From a virus (taxonomy: Duplodnaviria > Caudoviricetes), in the IMG/VR virus record IMGVR_UViG_3300037067_024509, positions 1-64,000 of that record: 64,000 nt of DNA, one strand, 5' to 3'. Shown in pieces: positions 10,401 to 17,815 of the stretch (position 1 is its first letter; each line of letters begins with the position of its first letter). Position numbers and translations under genes: made by a program. The notes beneath the pieces were generated by a model. That model made no database searches and had not been told where the DNA came from. It saw only the letters and a program-made list of their open reading frames with translations.

Positions 10401-10857
10401 AAGAGTTAAGGATGAAATGGTAAGAGTACTCCAGAAGGAGTATCTTAGACGTTCTTTAATTGAATATTTTGGTAATAAGGGATATGAAAAAACTTTTAAT
10501 ATTTGTGCTTATCCACCATCTTTAATGGATTTATCTGAACAGCCGTTTTCTAATAAATCGATAGAAGTTGCTTTTAATATTGAAGATATTGATTTAGTTG
10601 ATAATTCTGTTAAGGTTGCGTGGAATGTATTTGTTCTTGGCAATAAGAGGATATTTTTAGGATATACTAATCATCAAAATTTTACTGATATTAAGAATAG
10701 TAAGAATACTATTAAAGATTATAATGGTCCTATAACTATTAATAAAATTATTGAGTTTATTATTGAATTTTTGGGTAATTCAAATCAGATTTTTGATATT
10801 AATAGAAAGCCTACTAATAATAGTTTTGTTAATAAACCGTTGATTAGTAAGTATTAA
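10390..10857 (+). CDS. Hypothetical protein
   Basis: 155-aa ORF coupled to the upstream gene; no motif recognised. Confidence 0.6.
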   Translation: MLNKRVKDEMVRVLQKEYLRRSLIEYFGNKGYEKTFNICAYPPSLMDLSEQPFSNKSIEVAFNIEDIDLVDNSVKVAWNVFVLGNKRIFLGYTNHQNFTDIKNSKNTIKDYNGPITINKIIEFIIEFLGNSNQIFDINRKPTNNSFVNKPLISKY

Positions 10858-12035
10858 TCTTTTGGTGTTCCTACTAAATCAACATATACTATACGCATTT
10901 CTGAATATAATTGTTTAGTATAATTTAAATCAAATCCTAAAAACTCGCTGATATATTTTTGGACGGGTTTTGTTGTTTTATACTTATCTTCATATTCTTG
11001 TGGTGGATTCATTATTACTTCAACTATCTTCTTAGCGTCTTCTGATAAATTTTTATAAAATATTTTTACTGTGTCTTGGTCTTTAAATTCTTCTGGATTC
11101 ATACTGGCTATCTCCGGAATTTCTGATTCATCGTTTTCATCCCTGTAAACTGATTTTGTAATGATTCTGGTTGATTTGATTGTCTTTCTTGATGTATATG
11201 CATGTGCTGAGTTATTGATTTCGATTGATTCATGAGTTATCTTTATATCTAATTTATTAAAATACTTCTCTAATAATTCATTGAGTTTTGTTATTGTTTC
11301 GGATGATTCTAAATTAAGATTCTTGTATATCTGGAATTTAATTTCAGAATTATGATTTATTTTAGGATTTAATAATTTTATAATATCTTTTTTAAGTAAT
11401 TCAAATTTTGAATTTATTGTTATTTTGTCTTGACTTATTATTATATCTATATTTTTGTTATTATAATAGTCTATTAATGAATTTATTTTTGATATAGTTG
11501 ATGAGTTGAATAAATTTGTATCGGTTACTATTTCACATTCTCCAAATGAATATTCTTTTACTGTACTATGTCCATTTATTAATTGTAATATTTCATTTTT
11601 AGAATTTTCATATGTTGAAATATTCTCATATATTTCTGATTTTCTTATTGATGGTTTATTTTCAAGTAATATTTGTCTTAGGAAGTTGAATACCCAAGTT
11701 TGAAAGAATTTTTTTCTTTGTACTTCATCTACTATGGTTTGATGCGATGCTGGGTGTTTTCCCCACCCACATTTTGCTGCTACTGCTGCTTTCCATACTG
11801 CAACTAAGAATTCTTGTTCTGCTGTATCTGGATCTGATTTATAATCTGATCCTATAGTATACTTCAATGCCATTTTAAATTGTGTTTTGCATGCTTGTAA
11901 ATTAGGATCGTTTGATACTAATTTTATTATTTCTTCTACTTCTGATCTAGTTTTTTCATCCATGTCTCTCATGGTGTTCTTGATAGAACCTCTAAGGTAA
12001 AGAACTGGCATTTGCATGCCTACACTGCTGCTCAT
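10854..12035 (-). CDS. Divergent sigma70-like factor with a tandemly duplicated insertion (start uncertain: 12035/12011/11972)
   Basis: Region-2-like DTAEQEFLVAVWKAA and FFQTWVFNFLRQ; region-4-like LSEDAKKIVEV...ISEFLGFDLNYTKQLYSEMR; aa 142-209 and 211-276 are repeats of each other. Confidence 0.55.
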   Translation of the reverse strand: MSSSVGMQMPVLYLRGSIKNTMRDMDEKTRSEVEEIIKLVSNDPNLQACKTQFKMALKYTIGSDYKSDPDTAEQEFLVAVWKAAVAAKCGWGKHPASHQTIVDEVQRKKFFQTWVFNFLRQILLENKPSIRKSEIYENISTYENSKNEILQLINGHSTVKEYSFGECEIVTDTNLFNSSTISKINSLIDYYNNKNIDIIISQDKITINSKFELLKKDIIKLLNPKINHNSEIKFQIYKNLNLESSETITKLNELLEKYFNKLDIKITHESIEINNSAHAYTSRKTIKSTRIITKSVYRDENDESEIPEIASMNPEEFKDQDTVKIFYKNLSEDAKKIVEVIMNPPQEYEDKYKTTKPVQKYISEFLGFDLNYTKQLYSEMRIVYVDLVGTPKD

Positions 12036-12057
12036 ATTCGCCTCGTATTTGAATGGA

Positions 12058-12507
12058 ATGGATAAACCTAAGTCTACTAAGTTTTATGTTAACTCAAAGG
12101 AATTGGAAGAGTGGTGGGCAGGCTGGAATGATACCGGAGATGATAGAAATTGGAAGCATATGTCTGAGATGCTTTACCTTATTTGTTTGGGTATTTCTAA
12201 AAATTTTAGACCTAAAGATGATGAGGAACATTATAATCTTTCTAACGAAGCTGCAACTAAGCTTTTTGATAAAATTAAAACTGGTAGATTGAAATTTAAA
12301 CCAACTTGTCTTGGTGGTAGTCCTGTATTCAATCTTGTAACTACTACTGTACAAAGGCTTTTGTGTTCTTTTAAAAATAGCGATAAAAGACGTAAGAAAA
12401 ATCATTCCTCTTATGTTCGTCATATTGTTCAGGCTCAAGCTCCAGAGCTTCTTGGTCATCTAAACAATTTTTATGACAACAGCAGCGGCGTAAATTATAA
12501 CGAATAA
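12058..12507 (+). CDS. T4 gp55-like late-transcription sigma factor
   Basis: Start re-called to MDKPK. FYVNSKEL...MLYLICLGISKNF...SPVFNLVTTTVQR...KKNHSSYV parallels the gp55 pattern YVNNKEL...IMLIAEGLSKRF...NPHAYIT...KYSYF. Confidence 0.7.
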   Translation: MDKPKSTKFYVNSKELEEWWAGWNDTGDDRNWKHMSEMLYLICLGISKNFRPKDDEEHYNLSNEAATKLFDKIKTGRLKFKPTCLGGSPVFNLVTTTVQRLLCSFKNSDKRRKKNHSSYVRHIVQAQAPELLGHLNNFYDNSSGVNYNE

Positions 12508-12542
12508 AAAATTAAAAAGAAAATATTCAGAAAATATATAAA

Positions 12543-13478
12543 ATGGAAAAAAGAATTATTCCTGTGGTTAGACAATTTAATATTAAACGTATACAATCAC
12601 CAATTCCAAGAATAAAGAATAAAGAAGTAATAAATGATGTAATAAAGCGTTCACAAGTTATTAAAAATAAAATTGGAACACAAATTATTCAACGACCAGT
12701 TAAAGTAGTACAAAATAATGTACGTATTGCAAAATATGTTAAACAATCTATTAGAGTCCCAAATCCTATTATAAAAGATTATAATTATAATAAGTTAATG
12801 AGTATAAAAAATTCAGGTAAGGGCAATATATTAGTAATGATAGCGTGTGGACCATCAGTAAATGAAATAGATTTATCACCATTAAAAAATATTAATAATT
12901 TGAAAACAATGATAATTAATAAACCAGTTGATAGTGTTTGGCCATCTAATTATTGGGCATTCTGTGATCATAGCCAGTATGTTAGAAACCAAAGAGCTTT
13001 TGAAGAATATACTGGATTATTGTTGAATAGCATTGGTGTTAAAGCCAGAAGATCTAATCAAATTCTTATATCAGCAAGACAAGGTAAAGGATTCAATAAA
13101 GACATAACACAAGGATATTTTATTGGTAGAAGTAGTGTTTATGCTAATATGCAAACAGCATTATTCATGGATTTTGATAAAATATTTATATTCGGAATAG
13201 ATATGTGTGCAGTAAATGGTAAAACACATCATTATGGTGATGGATCAAATCCAGATGTTGAAACTAAAATAAGAATTCAGAGATTTAATTATGAAGCTGA
13301 TCATTATATGAACGCTTCTAGTATAATGTCATCTGAAGATAGAAATAAATTTTATTTTTGTTCATCTTATAATAAATTTCCATTTATAGAAAAGTTTAAT
13401 AAATTAGACCATAAAATTGCTGTAAATTATATACTTGAATTACCAGAAATTAAATCTTCGTGCAAAAGTATAATGTGA
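12543..13478 (+). CDS. MptE-like/DUF115 (GT42 sialyltransferase-like fold) putative glycosyltransferase
   Basis: Basic low-complexity N-terminus, then IACGPSV, IINK, YWAFCD, GRSSVYANMQTALFMDFDKIFIFGIDM, HHY. Confidence 0.7.
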   Translation: MEKRIIPVVRQFNIKRIQSPIPRIKNKEVINDVIKRSQVIKNKIGTQIIQRPVKVVQNNVRIAKYVKQSIRVPNPIIKDYNYNKLMSIKNSGKGNILVMIACGPSVNEIDLSPLKNINNLKTMIINKPVDSVWPSNYWAFCDHSQYVRNQRAFEEYTGLLLNSIGVKARRSNQILISARQGKGFNKDITQGYFIGRSSVYANMQTALFMDFDKIFIFGIDMCAVNGKTHHYGDGSNPDVETKIRIQRFNYEADHYMNASSIMSSEDRNKFYFCSSYNKFPFIEKFNKLDHKIAVNYILELPEIKSSCKSIM

Positions 13479-13524
13479 AGATAGCGGTAAAGACCGTGTT
13501 GAAAAACCTTAATACGGAGCAGTC

Positions 13525-14529
13525 ATGACTAAGAAATCAGACTGGACCATAGCAATTGAAAATGTTGGTGAAGTTGAAAGATTGAAATATGAGTTAAAGG
13601 TTGCGAATCAAAAATTATCAGTTTATGAGCAAGCTGGCGATACAACAATACATGAGATTCCAAGTTATAAACCATTGCACGGTGAAGCTATTGCTGTAGC
13701 TGTTTTAAGTGATGTACATGCTGGTGAACGAGTAGATCCAGAAGATGTGCCAGGAACTTATAATATTTATACTCCAGCAATATGCCGTAAGAGATTAGAA
13801 CAATTTGCTCAAAGAGTTGTAATGTTAACTGAAGCAAATAGAAGTTTCATTAAAATAACCGATCTTTGTTTAAATTTAGCCGGTGATTTAATGACTGGAC
13901 ACTTACACGATGATCAAAAAGAATCAAATTGGTTATCACCACTAAAAGAATGGTTATTTGTTCGTAATGAAATTAATTCAGTTATAAAATATATTTTAGA
14001 TAATGGCAAATTTGAAAGAATAATAATACCATGTTGTTTTGGTAATCATGGAAGAATGACCATAAAGCCGCGTGCAAAGACCGCACCAGATACAAACCTT
14101 GAATGGATGTTATATCATATTTTAGAAAGTGATTGGAGAAACGAGAGCAGAATAAAATTCCATATTGCTCATGGATCACAACTTTATTTGGATTTATATG
14201 GTTTTGCATGCAGATTTATGCATGGTGATGATGTGACTTATAGAGGCGGTGTTGGCGGATTGGCAGTACCATTGGGTCAGGCAATCAAAGATTGGGATAA
14301 AGTAAAAGCTGCATCATATACGTTTATGGGACACCACCATACAGCAAGAGATTTTGGTAACGTTATTGTTAATGGTTCTGTTATTGGATATAATGCATAC
14401 GCTCTTAAAAACCATTTCCCATTTGAAAAACCAAGACAGCAGTATGTTTTAATTGATAGAGATAACGGTATATCATCAGTACAAAGTATACGATGCCATT
14501 ATACACCAAGGAAACAAAAAGATGACTAA
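13525..14529 (+). CDS. Calcineurin-like metallophosphoesterase
   Basis: LSDVHAG, AGDL, FGNHG, FMHGD, MGHHH motifs all intact. Confidence 0.88.
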   Translation: MTKKSDWTIAIENVGEVERLKYELKVANQKLSVYEQAGDTTIHEIPSYKPLHGEAIAVAVLSDVHAGERVDPEDVPGTYNIYTPAICRKRLEQFAQRVVMLTEANRSFIKITDLCLNLAGDLMTGHLHDDQKESNWLSPLKEWLFVRNEINSVIKYILDNGKFERIIIPCCFGNHGRMTIKPRAKTAPDTNLEWMLYHILESDWRNESRIKFHIAHGSQLYLDLYGFACRFMHGDDVTYRGGVGGLAVPLGQAIKDWDKVKAASYTFMGHHHTARDFGNVIVNGSVIGYNAYALKNHFPFEKPRQQYVLIDRDNGISSVQSIRCHYTPRKQKDD

Positions 14530-14767
14530 AAAGAAAAGTGATAAATGGAATAGCGCTTTTGAACAGTTACGTTTAAAAGAAGCTACTCCACCAGTAGGAT
14601 CTCAATCTATAGAAGATATTTCAGCAATGACAGGCATATCTGAGGATAAAGTACGTGAAAATTTGAAATTATTAATTAAAGCTGGTAAAGTTGAAATATT
14701 CCGTGGTAAAAAATTAACTCAAAACAAAATATTGGTTCCAACAATTTATTATAAACTTATAAAATAA
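14522..14767 (+). CDS. Small winged-helix DNA-binding protein
   Basis: Start re-called to MTKKK (overlaps the upstream stop). SIEDISAMTGISEDKVRENLKLLIKAGKVE is an HTH plus wing pattern. Confidence 0.65.
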   Translation: MTKKKSDKWNSAFEQLRLKEATPPVGSQSIEDISAMTGISEDKVRENLKLLIKAGKVEIFRGKKLTQNKILVPTIYYKLIK

Positions 14768-14788
14768 TAACTGTATTTTATAATTACT

Positions 14789-15367
14789 GTGATATGTAAA
14801 ATATGCAAAACATGTGGTCAATCAAAGGATATAAAGTGTTTTATAGTAAGTAAGAAGATAATATCAAAATGTCGTGATTGTAGATTGATAACATCAAAAA
14901 ATTATCGTGATACACATAAAGAGTCAATCAGCAAAGCAAAAAGTAAATGTTATTATGCTAAAAAACATGAATATAATACTAAAAATAAATTTAATGCTGA
15001 AAGATCTTACAATAGTTTTATATCGTCATTATTTAGTAGTGTAAAAAAGAGAACTTTATCTAGAGAATATTTTAAATTAAATAGAAAAATAACAAGGAAA
15101 GTAATACAACTTGCTGTAACAGTTGATGATATTGTTAATATTTATGAAAATCAAAATGGCAGATGTGCAATTAGCAATATAAAAATGAAACATGAATTTG
15201 GAAAATTAGAATCTATATCGATAGATAGAATAAATTCAAATGAAGGGTATAATATTGATAATATTCAGTTGATTTGTCAGTTTATAAATCTTGGTAAACA
15301 CAATAAATCAAATAATGAGGTTATTGATTTTTTGAATAATTTAAAAGAAAAATTATGTAATGCGTAA
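14789..15367 (+). CDS. His-Me finger (HNH-like) endonuclease with N-terminal Zn ribbon
   Basis: CKTC/CRDC; QNGRCAISNIKM...SIDRINSNEGYNIDNIQLICQFINLGKH. Confidence 0.75.
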   Translation: MICKICKTCGQSKDIKCFIVSKKIISKCRDCRLITSKNYRDTHKESISKAKSKCYYAKKHEYNTKNKFNAERSYNSFISSLFSSVKKRTLSREYFKLNRKITRKVIQLAVTVDDIVNIYENQNGRCAISNIKMKHEFGKLESISIDRINSNEGYNIDNIQLICQFINLGKHNKSNNEVIDFLNNLKEKLCNA

Positions 15368-15707
15368 AAAACAACCTATTTATCAAAAAAGATGGATTGA
15401 AAAATCATATATTAATTTTTTGAATACTTTATTTATTAGTAATAAGTCAAAATTTGAAAATAGCAATATAACTTTAAAATTATTATTAGAATTATATAAT
15501 AAACAAAATGGTGAATGTGCATTAAGTAAACTTAAAATGTCTAATAAAATTGGTGATTTATATGCTATATCAATAGATAGAATTAATAACAATTTCGGCT
15601 ATAATATAAATAATATACAATTAGTATGCCAATTTATTAATTTAGGTAAGAATAGACATTCAAATGAAGATGTATTTAAGTTTTTTGAACTACTAAAGGA
15701 GTCTTAA
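15360..15707 (+). CDS. His-Me finger (HNH-like) endonuclease, short paralog of 14789..15367
   Basis: QNGECALSKLKM...SIDRINNNFGYNINNIQLVCQFINLGKN. Confidence 0.75.
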   Translation: MRKKQPIYQKRWIEKSYINFLNTLFISNKSKFENSNITLKLLLELYNKQNGECALSKLKMSNKIGDLYAISIDRINNNFGYNINNIQLVCQFINLGKNRHSNEDVFKFFELLKES

Positions 15708-15708
15708 A

Positions 15709-16269
15709 ATGCTATTAAATGGATCAAGATGTTACCTATGTGGACCAATTGAAAATCATGAAGATGATTGGAGAGTTAAAATAACTCCAAAGCTTCAAAA
15801 ATTAGGAATTAAAATATGGAATCCATTGGTAAAACCAAATTGGATGTATAATGTAACAGGGTGCGATCAAAAAAATGACAGGAATTATATTAACAACAAT
15901 ATGAATAATCTTGATAAAGATAAATTACACGAAATTTTTATAAAAAATAATGAGATTAAAAATGTTTGTTTACGTTTAGTATCTGCATGTGACTTTGTTA
16001 TTTGTAAAGTTGGTGGTCCAACAGTAGGAACTTTTCATGAATTGGCAAAAGCTAATGATCAAAATAAACCAATTTTATTTTTTACTGATAATAAAGATAA
16101 AATAGATTCAATGTGGAGATTAGTACAATTTAGCAATGAATATGAAATAAATAATACGTTTTTTGGATTATCTGATGATTTGATTGAATATTTAAATAAA
16201 ATAAATAATAATACAATAACTGTCGATAAATTAAAATGGATATTTTTATCCAATAATTGGCCAGTATAG
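15709..16269 (+). CDS. Nucleoside 2-deoxyribosyltransferase / Rcl(DNPH1)-like dNMP N-glycosidase
   Basis: CYLCGPI (cf. Rcl YFCGSI), ACDFVI, TVGTFHELAKA (catalytic Glu retained), KPILF, DSMW. Confidence 0.8.
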   Translation: MLLNGSRCYLCGPIENHEDDWRVKITPKLQKLGIKIWNPLVKPNWMYNVTGCDQKNDRNYINNNMNNLDKDKLHEIFIKNNEIKNVCLRLVSACDFVICKVGGPTVGTFHELAKANDQNKPILFFTDNKDKIDSMWRLVQFSNEYEINNTFFGLSDDLIEYLNKINNNTITVDKLKWIFLSNNWPV

Positions 16270-16314
16270 TAGATAATTTAGCCTGGATCTTCTTAAAGGA
16301 TAAATGGATAAACC

Positions 16315-16953
16315 ATGAATACACCATTAAGTCTCGATAAGTCAATAAAAGTAGAACCATATTTTTTGGCTCCGGATAGAAATTTTCCAGATATAACAAA
16401 AATTGATATAATAGCATCAAAAAATAAGTGCCAGAATGTAATAACATCAGTAGAGTTTTGTGATCTTGTAACAGTGATGAGATCACGATTCAACTCTAAA
16501 TATGGTGTAATAGTCGAAATAGATCCAGACGGTAAAGTGTTTGGATTAAATAAAATGTTAAGAACTAATATAAATTATAGTACAATTGATGGATGTGAAA
16601 TAGGATTATCAAATAATAAAAATTATACTGAATTAATAAATGAAATGAAAGTTACGTCTGATTTTATTAAACAATTTGGTGATCATATAAAAATAAGATG
16701 GATTATAAATGCAATATATGGTTCAAAACATATAGAAAATTGCATTAAAGCAATTAAAGATTGTAATATAAAATATGATTTGATAAGAATAATAACACAA
16801 GCATCAATGGAATTTAAGAATAAAATAGAACTTGGAAACTTAATAAGAGAAGGAATTGGTATAGTGCAGGCTAAAATTAAACTTGAAGTTGATCCAAAAG
16901 ATGTTGTAGTATTAAATAATGTTTTATATTCAACACATATATCTAAATTGTGA
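16315..16953 (+). CDS. Divergent DeoC (deoxyribose-phosphate aldolase)-like TIM barrel
   Basis: By-eye alignment: VEPYFLAPD...DITK ~ IDHTLLKP...DI; VIVEIDPDG...NK ~ TVIGFPLG...K; IDGCEIGL ~ ADEIDMV; KIRWII ~ LKVII; YDLIRI ~ ADFVKT (Schiff-base Lys read as Arg); KIKL ~ VKAS. Confidence 0.45.
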   Translation: MNTPLSLDKSIKVEPYFLAPDRNFPDITKIDIIASKNKCQNVITSVEFCDLVTVMRSRFNSKYGVIVEIDPDGKVFGLNKMLRTNINYSTIDGCEIGLSNNKNYTELINEMKVTSDFIKQFGDHIKIRWIINAIYGSKHIENCIKAIKDCNIKYDLIRIITQASMEFKNKIELGNLIREGIGIVQAKIKLEVDPKDVVVLNNVLYSTHISKL

Positions 16954-17276
16954 TTTGTCCATATTGCAAAACTGATAATGATAAAATAAAAACTGTAATT
17001 AATGGGTTAAAAGTATATTGTTGTACTAATTGCAACAATATATTTAGTTCTGAATTGAATGATCATGAAATATCAACTAAAGGAATGCCTTTATATAATG
17101 TTAATAATATTATAACTCCAAATTTTAAAATAGGTGATTGTATTATGTGTGTTGATAATAAGCATCCATTATTTTTACAAGATGGATTTGTAAAAGAACT
17201 TGACCACTTACATGCTCGTATTTTATTTAAAAAGGATCTTGTATGGATGAATCAAAATGTGATAGCAAAATTATAA
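16950..17276 (+). CDS. Zn-ribbon protein with C-terminal SH3/KOW-like domain
   Basis: CPYC...CTNC; FKIGDCIMCVD...GFVKEL...ARILF. Start codon is GTG. Confidence 0.6.
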   Translation: MICPYCKTDNDKIKTVINGLKVYCCTNCNNIFSSELNDHEISTKGMPLYNVNNIITPNFKIGDCIMCVDNKHPLFLQDGFVKELDHLHARILFKKDLVWMNQNVIAKL

Positions 17277-17770
17277 ATATTAATGAAATTTTGAAGTTTG
17301 AAAATAAAATAATTAATAAATGTTATAAAAGTAAGTTAGATATTAATAAATCGGTAATGTTAATTACATATTTGTGGTCACAAGTTCGCTCTAAAGATCC
17401 AAACACTAAAGTTGGATCATCAATTTATGATTATGAAAGTGGGGCATTATTCTTAGGGTACAATGGATTTCCAGTTGGATTTCCAGATAAAGTATCATTA
17501 TGGAATAATAGAAGTAAAGATGATAAACATAATAAATATGCTTACGTGGTACATGCCGAACAAAATAATTTCATAAAAGCTATTAATAAATTTAATCCAA
17601 AAACATCTGTGATGTTTATAACAAATTATCCATGTCATAATTGTGTAAAGAATGTTATTTTACCAAGCAAAATAAAAATAATATATTATATGGATACATA
17701 CCCATATGATGAAGTATCATATAAAATGTTAAAAACTTTAAAAGTAAAAATGATAAAAATTAAATTATAA
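17243..17770 (+). CDS. dCMP deaminase
   Basis: RSKDPNTKVG, GYNGFP, VVHAEQN, YPCHNC zinc/catalytic motifs. Confidence 0.9.
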   Translation: MDESKCDSKIININEILKFENKIINKCYKSKLDINKSVMLITYLWSQVRSKDPNTKVGSSIYDYESGALFLGYNGFPVGFPDKVSLWNNRSKDDKHNKYAYVVHAEQNNFIKAINKFNPKTSVMFITNYPCHNCVKNVILPSKIKIIYYMDTYPYDEVSYKMLKTLKVKMIKIKL

Positions 17771-17815
17771 TACTCATAATTTTGCACGTGTATTTAAACA
17801 ATCTAGGAGAACAAC

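Noticed and set aside
13479-13524. GC-richer spacer with a small cggt-aaag-accg hairpin as tRNA or ncRNA
   Set aside because: Too short, with no cloverleaf or T-loop consensus; at most a minor leader structure.
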